Below are positions 1 to 11,501 of a stretch of DNA of 64,000 nucleotides, piece after piece (position 1 is the first letter of the stretch; the number at the start of each line of letters is the position of its first letter). Below the pieces are notes generated by a model. The model saw nothing but the letters and a program-made list of their open reading frames with translations. It made no database searches and was not told the origin of the DNA. Made by a program: the position numbers and the translations under genes. This DNA is from Lingula anatina (lineage: Eukaryota > Animalia > Brachiopoda): the NCBI GenBank assembly GCA_051362555.1, contig CM120640.1, forward strand, positions 36,351,967-36,415,966. Reading direction: 5' to 3'.

Positions 1-841
1 ACTTATCGTCGTGTAGATCATCTATTTGCACTTTTCGAAACCCTGGACTAAATACATACTAGGCCAGTATCCGGGTATGCATTGTCATAATAAGTTGTAT
101 GTCCTACGTCTCCTATTCTCAGAAACACATCCCCCTGGACACAATTTCATGGGACTTTATACCCTGTGGACACCAATTACGTAGTATGAGGCCAGATGCA
201 CCACTAACCATTGCTGTGACTCGATAATGATGTGGAGCATTTAACTCTTTCACAGATGATAATTTGGAAAATATGCAGACCATAATAACGCTTTTAATGG
301 TTGTTGTTTGACTTAGATTCAGGCATGTATTTTTCTTTGCTTAATGGTGAAAATTCAATTAAAGAACTGAAGTCATAATTAGGTTAGAAAAGTGTATCAA
401 AAATTATTTAAACCCTTGTTTTCATTTATAAGTCGGAAAAGTAGGAACAAATCAAAGAAAAATGATTTAGAAATAACCAGGAGCCGAGGTCCATTTACAC
501 GTGCCATAAAATTGTTTATTTGCCATCATGACCATGGTTTATATCATAGTTGTCAATAAATAGAAAAAAAAAATCGTGTAGTAAGAAGTCTCTGACGCCT
601 TTGTTACATGTAGCAGTGCGTGCAAGGGCACTTAATTGCTGCAGGTGTTAATGAAAATAGCTCACTCCAGCAGTCGCGGCTCCCTATTTTGATGTCTATT
701 ATTGCACTTTTAATTTTCCCATATGTTGTAATTATTTTCAAAGGACAGTTAGAAGATATGATATTTCAAACTTTACTCACTTTTTGGAACTATTGTTGCA
801 TATTAGAAACCTAGTTAATGCCTAAAAAAAAATACACATAC

Positions 842-970
842 CTCCCAAAAGTCCTTGACGTTATTAATTTCCCCTGGGAAACGACAGCCGATTCCAACGA
901 TTGCAATTTTCTTGTTTTCAGGTAGCCAATTAGGCTTTTGGCCTGGTTCTTTTTTGCGTCCTCGAGGCAT
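842..970 (-). CDS. Type I polyketide synthase, first coding exon (start of ketosynthase domain); rest of gene lies beyond the left edge
   Basis: MPRGRKK...KKIAIVGIGCRFPGEINNVKDFWE is the typical KS N-terminus (IAIVGxGCRFPG...FW), PKS-like rather than animal FAS-like. Acceptor tttttctgtag at 973-983 just before ATG; donor GAG|gtatgt at 841. Confidence 0.85.
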
Positions 971-1559
971 ATCTACAGAAAAATTAAACATAATTAAGCA
1001 GAATGTCACGTCCCACGCAAGTTCTTCTCACGAAATTTCGAGTTCTCAGACAGCCCGTAAGCACGTACGGAGGATATTGGACATGTCCAAAAGATTCTAC
1101 GAATAATCTGCGAACAGCAAGGCCGCAAGCGTAACTTGCTCTATTCGTAAAGAGTTTGCAAGTGAGACGTGCGTGGTCCAAGAGGCATATCGCAAACAAT
1201 GAAGGAGCAAGTGCCTTTTGTGTTGAGCACTCCCACGCCTGCAATATAAAAGGTGCTCACGACGCACGCTCGTGTCTCGAAAATGAACGTCGATTGTGCA
1301 ACGTGTACAACAATTTTCAAAAACTTCAAAAACTTATAATGTGACTCCAAAAGGCAAGAGAAAGAAGCTTAGAGAACAGAAAAAAGGGAGGAGGAAGAAG
1401 AAAGAAGGGGAGCACAAGACTCAAAACTGACGTACGCGGTCAGTACGCTATTACAAGTGTGTGAGGCAAGTGTGAAGCAAAAGGAAATTACTTTCGCCGT
1501 GCGTAGCATTCTCTTTGTAAGTGGTGAGTGCTTGCCACGTACACAGGTAGCAAAACTAA

Positions 1560-1750
1560 AGCCCCCTTTACACTGGGCGTCGTCCTTTCTGCATCCCGTT
1601 GTACGGCCCTGTTTGGGAGTTAAAAAACAATAAAATTTTACGTGTCGACAACTGGCCGACCACTCAGTATTCATTTTGCAACTAAAGCGATACCAGTTTC
1701 ATGGTCGCACAAAGGACGCAGAAAGGACGCCGTCCAGTGTAAAGGGGGTT
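1560..1750. mobile_element. PIF/Harbinger-type MITE
   Basis: ~37-bp imperfect TIRs agccccctttacactgggcgtcgtcctttctgcatcc / ggacgcagaaaggacgccgtccagtgtaaagggggtt; TAA on both flanks (1557-59, 1751-53). Confidence 0.8.
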
Positions 1751-2431
1751 TAACTCAAGAAATGGATACAATTTTCCCTTCCCTCGCACCGTGCAATTAG
1801 CGTCCCTCTTTGCAATGACATCGTAAGGCAGACTTGCGCCTTTCCATTAAAACCTTTCCTGTAGCTCTACGGACTACACGGCCTCCACTACACCCAAACT
1901 TCGTAGGAGACGTGGGGTCTTAAAATTCGTGCGGACGGTTGTGACCGAGGCTTAAATGTTGAATAGCCAGGCAATGTTTATGCCACTTTCTCTGAGGGCA
2001 AGAATCCCATAGTATTAGTAAGCTGCGTTGCTTAGCAGTCAAACCACATCTTCTCTAAGATACCTGTCTAATTTCAGGGCGATCCCTTTGTTGCTTCTTG
2101 AAAAACACGTACTCCAAAGATTGACCAAACCCATGTAATGCGTTTTTATACAAAGACAGAAATTGCCGAAAAGACCACCTCTCACATTTCTGACCACAGA
2201 ACATGCAACTGCATGCATCAATTATTTCAAGTGTTTTGTGGTAATAAGGCAACACACCTGGCTACACAGGGAGTGGCACCTCAGTTTCAGATTTAAAATA
2301 AATGTTTTGTAGAAAATTTACTCGTAAAAAAATAATATTCCATATAATGTATTAACTCTGTAATGTTAACACAGAGGGGGTAATATATTCGTTCAACTTG
2401 TTGTCACACAAGCATTTTTGTTTTCCTTTAA

Positions 2432-2772
2432 AGGGATAATAACTCTTCGTATGAGATCTATATTTCACAATAAAAACATTGTGAATAACTCATAGAAATA
2501 TAATATATTCTGTTTTACGACAAAAACAGCAGTTATAGCTATTATTCTGATATCTGAGCTTGTCTTTAGATCACGTGACCTCCATTGATGGCTATACTCT
2601 GTTATTATCTCTTTTAAGAGATTTTAACAAAAAAACGAAACCTTTTAGAAAAAAACCAGGGACTAACTTTGAATGTAAAAATGGATTCATTAACCATTGG
2701 TAAGTATGGGAAAATTGTTGTTTACTCCAGGAAAATTCATTTTTTTGGCCAAAACGAAGAGTTATTATCCCT
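2432..2772. mobile_element. Kolobok-type MITE
   Basis: TIR agggataataactcttcgt / acgaagagttattatccct with TTAA TSD (2428-31, 2773-76). A related end fragment lies at ~22178-22250. Confidence 0.8.
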
Positions 2773-3491
2773 TTAATTTATAGCGTATTTCGGAATTCAA
2801 CTACAGCAATTGGTACATGAGGCATTTTATTTTTGAAAGTTTTTTTGCTGGTCAGAGCCATTTCTGACGATCTTGAAGCACTGATAAGCATTCTTTAATC
2901 CACCTCTGCCAAAATTGCTCTGCAAGTAACTGTGCGTGTATCCACTGTTCATTATATTGATCATGCTCTGTGAAATTGTCAGCGAACAAGCAGGGATTCG
3001 AATGCAGCAACAGTAGTTGGTTTGACTGCTGGGAACTGTAGTAGGCTTGTTAATGGGTCAAACGCTGCATTTTATAGTACAAATGTATAACTTGGCATGA
3101 ATGTTCCTTGGGCCAAAAGATTTTTTTATGCGTAGAGACACCCTCTATCGAAGTATAAATTAGCATAGATTAGGCAAATTAGGTACCAAAATATATAACA
3201 TTTCATATTTCCATCAATTTTTGGCCTAGGAACATACAGACTTGACATTTAATTTGGAATATTTTTTCCAAATCATTTTTCATCAATTCTTTCCTATTTT
3301 GCTGACTGATTAATGAAAACAAGGCTTAAAATCGTGTTTTAATAAATTTGAATTATCTCTTTGATGTCATTTTGACATCAGTTCATTAATGGAATTCGCC
3401 AGAGAAGCAAACAAAAACACATTGCCTATTCTATGTGTAACCCTCAAGTTAAAGGTATTTCTATCCCTCGTGAGGTTCGTGAAGGCTTTGG

Positions 3492-3986
3492 TGTCGTGCG
3501 CCTTCGCCGGAGACGGACTCAAAACGCAACAACCGAGATGGTTACTCTGATCGTTTATTATGCAGGTTAGAGGCGGCCTGAGCGTCGGCCTTACAGTCGC
3601 TCGCTGATCTAGGGACTCTGTCGGCTTCGTATGTCCTTTCTCCCTCTCAATCTGTCTTATCCAGCAATGAGACGACCTTTTATACTTGATGGGGGAGAGC
3701 TCGTTAAAGTTTCATCAGACTTCGATACGTTTGATGTCGTAAAGACCGCTAAACTATTGGCGACTGTGTGTCTGCCAAAACGTCCTTTCTGGACATTTCT
3801 CCTTGATACTCTTTAAGATATCTTAGCGATTACGATCATCAAATCGATATCTGAGCCTGATTATCCTTTAAGGAGCCGACCCTACCGTTTCCCTAACACA
3901 ACTACTATTGTTCTTTGTCGGTGGCCTTTGATAAGGATCCACCATCATTAACCTTTTGTCGGTGAGTCCTGATATGGTTTACGACA
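3492..3986 (-). mobile_element. Possible solo LTR
   Basis: TGTCGT...ACGACA inverted termini, ~495 bp, more GC-rich than flanks, minus-strand AATAAA near 3555; no clean TSD. Confidence 0.4.
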
Positions 3987-4578
3987 TCGACATGTAACTC
4001 TGCATTGGTGACACTGGGATTCTGCACAATTACTTTTTTGAGAAATTGGTGATTAATGAACAGTTGATCGCCAAAAGGAACTCAAACGGAAAAAGTTCAA
4101 CAAAAATACCGTTACTTGAATTTAAAATATGAAATAATGATAATTATAATAAAAACACTAATGGTCTGGTTGAATGTTGCATCTGTCTTACTTGTTGAAA
4201 CCATACTGAAACCTTATTGAAATCACGGATGTAGTTCTGTTGGAAAATTCAATCATTTTATAAAGAGTGTATATTTTTGTAAAAAAAAATAGAGTGATGT
4301 GTATTACACGATATTTTTAGGTTTGACCTTGTATACTCGGCCTCTGTTGAGAAACTTGTGTTAACATATTTGTTTAACTTCAATGGGCAAATTTCGTTCG
4401 TTTACTGGACTATAATACTAACTCCGTCCTCAGTACGAAATTAAAGGTCCCTAAAGAACAGCTTGAAGAAATGGTTCCGCACCTGTGAAACAAGTTACTA
4501 CCTTTTTTGTGTTTGAAACTCGACTCTCAAAGAGAATCATTCTACGTACAAGCTTGATCCAATGTTGACAGCGCTCAT

Positions 4579-5070
4579 GGTTCAGATACTCCCTGCTGTC
4601 ATCAACCTGATAACGCACATCATCAAGGTTCAGATACTCCCTGCTGTCATCAACCTGATAACGCACATCATCAACACTAGCTTTGCATCTGTTTCTTTCC
4701 CTGATCAACTCAAGAAAGCTGTGGTTCAACCCCTACTAAAAAGCCATCTCTAGACATTGATACATTGCTAAGAATAAAAGGTGATCTCCTGTGTGGAGTC
4801 GATGAACACTCAATGATTCTTTTAGTCTTATTAAGACCTATCTGCAGCTTTACAAACATAGTTTAGTAATTTACTGTATGTGCTTTTATGTGAAAATCCC
4901 TATGTTCTATCTAGAATACTCTTAAATTTTTGTCGTTAAGCTCTGTAATTTTTATTTATCAATTCCTAATAATTTATTTCTTAAGTAATTGTTTCATGTA
5001 TATGTAAAGTCTTCTGAACATGTTATATTAGATTTTAGACTCAAAATAAATTTATCATCATTATTTCTAT
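4579..5070 (+). mobile_element. L2/CR1-clade LINE fragment (decayed RT), with a 48-bp tandem duplication at 4579-4674
   Basis: LITHIINTSFASVSFPDQLKKAVVQPLLK and TLLRIKGDLLCGVD...LLVLL/DLSAA resemble L2/CR1 RT motifs; 3' aataaa...atcatcattatt tail. Confidence 0.8.
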
Positions 5071-6050
5071 TACGATCACGCAATATTTTTACTGGTTTTA
5101 TTTTGCGCTTGCCAAGGCTAACATTTACGTCACGACCTGATTTCATAATATTTAGCGACCTAGAATAAAAAACAAAATAGGGCGGCGCCCATTAAATTTA
5201 GCGATTGTGAAAGTTCCAGTTGAAGGCTTTTTATAGGAAAAAGGCTAGAAAGGGATTTTATTAAGCTGACAGATACTCAATCGTTGGAGTAAATGAAGCA
5301 ACAGGAAAATAGACTAAAGTAAATAAGGGTTGAATGTGACTTATTGCTGCCCAAAACCATTTACCTACTATATGCAATGGCGATAGAATGAACGATGGAA
5401 TTCATGTTTATTGACCTGTTTTAGCTTTGACATGTCCGTCATCCAGTAAAATAACGGTAATAGAACAATGAAACATATTCAAAGCTTTTAATACCCTTTC
5501 TAACACGAAAACGTTGCTTAGATTGCACATAAACTGATTAGACTAAAATTAACAAATTCACATTCATAAAATATTTACATAAAATAGAATGTATACATTA
5601 AGATCAAAATGAGTTCGCAAATAAATAAATAAAGCACAAACCTCTAAATGTTTGATAAAAGAAACGGGGATAAAAAAAGAATATACAATAAACACCAAGA
5701 TGAGTTTAAAAAAAAACGAACACAGACCACTTAAATGTTGATACAGAAAAGGGATAAAGGTGTTTTTAAAACGTTTTGGTTTCTGAATTTTGGTCACTAA
5801 AATTTGATTGGCTATGCCTTAGTTTTCTATTCTGTTTGCAGGTTAAAAGGCAATTCAGCTGGTCTTTGACGTATTTCATTTCCCCGAAGAATGAGTTGCA
5901 GAGTTCTATGATATCCCTGAACAAAATTTGATGGGGGCAGTTTCCCACGTTTAAGTTGGCACAGAGAATACCATCTTTTACATGCTGTTTTATAGAAAAT
6001 TTAACAGGTTCAGACCATTTATCTGTAAGACTTTAAGTTATAAAACTTAC

Positions 6051-6131
6051 CTTGAGTTTGACTGATTCAGATACGGCTACGATTAACCAAGCCCGTCTGT
6101 CTGAGGTGAAGTTAGTAAACAGGTTTTTATA
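6051..6131 (-). promoter_or_regulatory. Putative PKS core promoter and non-coding first exon
   Basis: Minus strand: TATAAAAA (6131-6124), Inr-like TCAGAC with A at 6102 (29 nt downstream), consensus donor AAG|GTAAGT at 6051/6050. The PKS coding exon starts with an acceptor, so it needs an upstream exon. Confidence 0.5.
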
Positions 6132-6924
6132 AAAAAGTGACAAGCTGGAAGTAGAAAACAGGTTTTTATAAAAGAATTTTAAATAGCCGACTAGGAGTAA
6201 CGTTATAAAAATATCTGAGGCTCAGCCAATGACGAAAAAGTTTCAAACTGGAATACCACGTGAACTTGGAGTGAGGGAAAACAATACCCCTTCCTGACAT
6301 AGTCCTTTCAGCAGTGTGACCAAAATTTTGAACAGCTCAAAACTTTTGTCCCAATTTCACGATCTCTGAAGAATAAAACAAGCAACTGTGTCCTGCCACC
6401 ATTTCGTCAAGCTAATCATGGATGCAACTGAGTTGAAGATTTTTTTAATGGCTCAAAAGCAAAAAAAACATCAAGCAGCAAAAAATAATGGTTTGCGCCA
6501 TTGGCCGTAACGATTTTTTTTTCAGTTGTTAAAAACCCGGCGACTCCTCTAAAGTAAACGCAAGCTATATACAGACTTGACATTTAATATGGAATATTTC
6601 AGTTTCGAAGGTATGCCTAGGTAAATGTGCGTTCTTTTTTCAAAAAACTCAAATCTCATATATGATATGTGAATGGAGAAGTGTGTAGCCAGGTGCATCG
6701 CTTCCAATTAACTGAATACCAGGTTTGTTGCGCTGCTGAATTATGTAATATGCAGTGATTTAATTGGGTAGAGCTCCTTTGGGCAGGTCAAAGCTTGGCT
6801 TTGGCAAAGCATGGTTCTGTCAAAAAAGTATCCATATGTCGGCAACTACTGCATAGAGTAATTTGAAATTTTGCATGCAAGTGGTCGGTTTTGCAGTTTG
6901 AATAATGAGCTATGCAGTGCTTTA

Positions 6925-7587
6925 CAAATTTGTTAATCTGTGGCAGAATGGCGCGAAAAAGACAGACATTGCCAGAGAGATAATTGCGCCAAACGAAACG
7001 GTCCGCACAGTTTTACAGAGTAATGCCCAGACTGATGTACCTACACAGAGGCCACACCCAATGTATTGAAATCTTACCACCAGGGTACAGGACCCACTGT
7101 CGGGATATGCTGTTGCAACTAAACAAAAACCACCCAGTCCGTTCAGAATGAGGGGTCAATTGCCACCAAAACGCATTTTTCAAGGCCCTTAGCGAACACC
7201 AACCTGGTTTTAGCAGTTTAGAATACCAGACGACCTCCGAGGAACCCACTGTAAACAGCAAACCATCGTTGTATGTTTCTCTAATGAATTGGGGACCTTG
7301 ACCGTTTCTGGGTTGAACACTGAAACCTCGTGGCTTTCTTTATTGAGGTCAGATTTCATCTGTACCGCTCAACTAGTCAAAACAGATTTTATAGACATCC
7401 AGAAGAGGTTAACGACGAAGCGTGTGCCTCGTCTAAAGTGACTAAGGTCATTAACAGCGTCAGTATATGGAGTTGATGCCACATTGGTGCCAAAACACCG
7501 ATGGTAGTCATCGACGAAAACCTGAACCAAATCAAATAAAGAAATAATCTGGGAACCACTAGACCATTGATAGGGGGCACCTTAGGA
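6925..7587 (+). pseudogene. Tc1-like transposase relic, N-terminal and central part
   Basis: Hand translation: LWQNGAKKTDIAREI...TVRTVL (HTH); FIEVRFHLYRST...FYRHPEE...EAC...SVSIWS*...GAKTPMVVIDENLNQIK* resembles Tc1 'FSDESRF.L...VWR..GE...SVMVWG...G.T.LV.IDG.LN'. Stops and frameshifts present. Confidence 0.7.
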
Positions 7588-8040
7588 ACAATTTTAGGTT
7601 GCACGGTGAGATTGCCGGTTCACACAGAGCACTTTTAATAGCAGATTACTTACAGAACCAAGGGAATGAGCAGCTACCTATTATACAGATTGATTCACAA
7701 GTGACTTGAACAGATTGTTTCAAAAGGACAAGTCGTTTCCATTTGAAACAGTGGCACCCAATAAACACGTTTTACTATACAGAGCTAACATTTAAAAAGT
7801 AATCCCATTGGTTTTGCGCTTATTTTCTGCTATATTGGTACCATATGTATCGGTCTGGTATCTTCTGGTATCTTAATGATCAAGAACATCTAGGAGATTG
7901 CTGATTAAATAATACATAACCTTGAAAACAGAGGAACTTGCATCAATGTTTGTGCACGCTAATATTTCTTTAATGTGTCTCATAATACAATAAAACATTT
8001 CCATTGTAACGTAGGAACATTGAGAATAAAATTGGATTCA

Positions 8041-8215
8041 TTTGACTCTCTAGTCAGAGTCCAGCACCCCTTGACCCTCATGCAGTTAATTAGATTACTA
8101 TATAAGGGTCAAATTACCCCACTAGCAGAGTCTTTAGACACTCTTATCAGAGTCAATCACCCCCTGGCCTTCATGGAGTCAATCTGACTCTAAAATCAGA
8201 GTCAAGTTACCGGGG
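8041..8215. repeat. Imperfect ~93-bp direct duplication rich in gactct/agagtc palindromes
   Basis: tttgactctctagtcagagtccagcacccc... (8041) recurs as ttagacactcttatcagagtcaatcacccc... (8134). Confidence 0.5.
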
Positions 8216-8561
8216 GCCAGTGTCTGGCTGGCCCTTTCACCGACTCTTTTCGCTCGCTGGACAGTAACTGAGTAAGCCTCGTTTCAGTACTTGTGATGGC
8301 AGTGAGCAGTCGGCGAGGAGAGAACAGTTTTCATCATCCTTTGACAGTATGAATATTACATTATTGGCCATAGTTGGTTAAATGCATGAACAAGTTCTGT
8401 GTGTTTCTGCATGCAGAACTCGTGCACTTATTACTGGCCCGGGCTTTCAGTTGCCCACACCCTTTATGTGATATGTTGCTATACAGGTCAGCAAATTTTG
8501 TTTCCAGATTGTAGGTTTGACCCGCCAATGCATTTCACTGGGGAGGTTTGCTCACTCATTG

Positions 8562-8573
<12 letters not shown>

Positions 8574-8606
<33 letters not shown>

Positions 8607-8619
8607 TGTGTGTGTGTGT
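8574..8619. repeat. (TG)n microsatellite
   Basis: Directly visible. Other (CA/TG)n tracts at ~9113-9138, 17433-17457, 32562-32594, 34797-34817. Confidence 0.95.
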
Positions 8620-8679
8620 CATGCTTTTTATTACCAGATATACAGAATGTTTGTTATTGTTATTTGCAAACCAATTGCG

Positions 8680-8810
8680 ACCGGATGGCCTTGTGGTTAG
8701 AGTGTCAGCCTTTGGAGCGGTAGGACGTGGGTTGAAACACGACCGGGGACATATCAGTCTTTAATAAACGGTACCTACTGTCTCACCCCTTGGCACTGTT
8801 GTTGTTGTTT
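8680..8810 (+). mobile_element. tRNA-derived SINE
   Basis: Pol III A-box TGGCCTTGTGG, B-box-like GGTTGAAACAC, tRNA-unrelated core ...ggtacctactg...cttggcact, (TGT)n tail. Confidence 0.7.
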
Positions 8811-9399
8811 TCATAATGAGCCAAGGAGTCTTTTGTAGAGATAAATCAAGGGATGATTTATCTCTACAAAAGATGAAGGGATGTGTGAATGCAGTCAATT
8901 GTGACCTTCCTGTGGGGTCTGGGATGTGCTTATTTAAAATAGGCCTATTAAAGATGCATACAAAGTCATTTTTGCCACAAAAACCAACCAAATACCAGCA
9001 TATATATACACAATGGACAATAGAAGTGTCACCACTACTGAACCATTTCTTTGGGGAGATAAATGACTGTGGAATGATACGCTCCTGGTATCATTTTATT
9101 AACATCAAATTTCACACACACACACACACACACACACAAATTGTAGACCAGGCATTATAACTACTCAAGATCTGCCTACTTTGATTACTTGATTATTATT
9201 TGATTACTCTGATTCAGGGGGTGACACTTCCATTGTCCATTGTGTGTAGTTTCAAACAGTATAATTTAGAGAATTGCCAAAATACACTGTTTAACCGAAA
9301 ATGATATTTGAATGGATTTTTCTGCTAGCTTACTATCCTGTATATACAGGAGACAAAAAAAAAAGTAGATCACATAAGTAGGTTTAATTTCTGACCAAA

Positions 9400-9850
9400 A
9401 TTTTAAAGAAAGGGGCGGTCTAAATGTTTTATGGCTGTAAAAAACCAGCTGTAGACAAGTTACTATTTTTTTTTCGTGTTTGCCACTCGACTCTCTCAAA
9501 GAGAATCAGTCTGCCCTCACCTGATATTTATGCTATTTTGCGCTCGTCAGGGCTTACATTTACGTCAAGGCCTGATTTCCCTACCCTAGGTTCTAGATTT
9601 CAGTTATGTCAGCTCGATCTTGATTTTACACATAACCCATATCAGCCAAACTGGTAAAGCTATTCCATAAAATGTTATGAATAGATAGTAAGCTAGCTTT
9701 CCAGTGCCCTGACAATTAGGGCAGATTTCCCAATAGCGACTTTAATAATAAATTAATAAAAGAATACAGCGGCTCCCATGCACCTAGCGATTGTGAATAT
9801 TCCAGTTTTATAAAAAGTGGTAGGAGATTTTGTTAAGAGTACTGAAAGGT
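9400..9850 (+). repeat. Dispersed repeat copy; a second copy at ~4440-4550 + 5075-5270 is interrupted by the L2 fragment
   Basis: Shared blocks aagttacta...actcgactct(ct)caaagagaatca, acatttacgtca..cctgatttc and tagcgattgtgaa..ttccagttt in both places. Confidence 0.6.
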
Positions 9851-10104
9851 ATACATTCAAGGATTTTGAGGAAATAAAGCTATAGGAATAAAGACTGTAA
9901 GTTAATGGTAAGGTGATAGCCTTGACAAGATCAATCCTTTTGCATTCTGTGTCATCAAGGGAACCATGGCATTGCAATGTCTTCTTGGGAGCCAATTTGG
10001 AGTTGAGTTTGTCTTATTGTGTGTTTAATTGTCTTAGTGGTTTTATTTTAACTACACATTTGTAAGTGTTTTTGTATTTCCAGACTAAGTCCATATTTCA
10101 CTTA

Positions 10105-10624
10105 TACTCTTGCTCAATATAATGGAATATTATCCCAACAGAATGTACGTTCTAAGACAAATTCTATTATTCAACCAACAAACTATTTAGTGTTTAATTA
10201 TAATTTCATTTTCTACCTTTGAATTGCAGTAAATTTCGTTGTTTTTTTCTTACATTTGGATTCCTTTTTGTAAATAATTGGCAATTTAAAGAAAAAAGCA
10301 AATGTCAGATTCAATGAAGCAGGGATTGCAAGCCCGGCTGGCTTCATCCGTTCAGGCTATTCTTCAAGGCACTGACTTAACCAGTTTACTGGTGTATCTC
10401 TGGCTCAGTTTAGCCCACCGCTCGACAAGAACCTGTCTCAGCTCAAACAGTGTACTCGGCAACTGGGACTCTCTCCTCTTTACAGCGTAGGATTGAGTAT
10501 CCCAACAGTGTTCTTAGGGAAAAAAGGAGGCCAAACTACTTGCTCAATTTCCTGGTCATTGTAGAATTTGTGTTTTGCCAGTACGGTGAGGTGGAGCATT
10601 GCCATGTTAGGACAGAAAGTTACG
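10105..10624 (-). pseudogene. Tc1-like transposase relic, C-terminal part plus 3' terminus
   Basis: Minus strand: RNFLS*HGNAPPH (QHDNAPPH), VVWPP, EHCWD...VKRRESQLPSTLFELRQVLVERWAKLSQRYTSKLVKSVP*RI; ends ...ttgagcaagagTA, like a Tc1 3' TIR. Confidence 0.75.
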
Positions 10625-11501
10625 GTTATTTTGGGCCTTTTGTTTGCGCCTTAAACCCCGTATCCTCAAAAGTTACTCTCCCTTGGAAAATTTTGATTTG
10701 CAACAATATTAAAGTTACGGGGCCAGCCATTTTGCTCAGATCTTTTATGCACAACTCTAACCGTCTATTGTGCATTACTTTTTTGTTTTTTTTAATTCGT
10801 TCATCAATCATTTCTACAGCTGTACAAAATACGTAAATTTTCTTTTAGAAGTTGAATAAAGAGCATTGGTTCATGACGTGATTATCTGTATCACTTTACG
10901 CATTACGTTAGGGGTGACACTTTTTTTTTGCTGGGAAGTATACATGGAAGGCTTCCTTTGCCTGGAAAAAACTGTCTGTGCTGTGCTGTGTGATTTACTG
11001 TACGTTGTGTTGTCTTTGAGGACACCGTTTTATACTTGTCATGATAAAGTTTACAAAGCTAGTTATTACCAATTCAATGTTTCAGTATCTAACACGGCAA
11101 CTACATTATAGAATGATGCTACAAGTGTTATGTCATCACCTCCCCACCCACCCTCTATCGAACTTCCGCTGTTCAAAACGGCTAATGTGGAGTGGAGGTC
11201 AAGGAAAGTGGGGCCATCGTGTTTGTTATGGCTTTCATTTCGGTTTAAAGATGTCGCAAGCCAAGTCCAAATTCAGGTAGATTCAAAATCTGTCTGTGCC
11301 CTATCCCGATTGGATGCAATGCATTGTTTACTGAATTTTAGCGTAATAAGCTTTCTAATTTACAGGTCAGAATTTACAGGTTAAAAACTGCATGATCTCA
11401 TAAAATCCAAACTTGATTTGCTTTGGTTAAATGCGTTTTTTTTCTTATCATATATGAAACATTTCTGCAATTTTGAATGAAGTAGTTTTTATTGTTTGCA
11501 G

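Larger units (their letters stand above)
2255..6695. mobile_element. Possible CAC...GTG-terminated (EnSpm/CMC-like) non-autonomous element with nested insertions
   Basis: 14-bp inverted termini cacctggctacaca / tgtgtagccaggtg, CA dinucleotide on both flanks; no transposase inside. Confidence 0.4.

Noticed and set aside
1-300. Second PKS exon
   Set aside because: I saw no KS-like continuation on the minus strand.
1007-1920. Larger TIR element around the 1560-1750 MITE
   Set aside because: Only weak inverted similarity (cacgtcccacgcaagtt vs aacttcgtaggagacgtg) and no TSD.
8680-8750. tRNA gene
   Set aside because: Degenerate B-box, no convincing cloverleaf, continues into a SINE core and simple-repeat tail.
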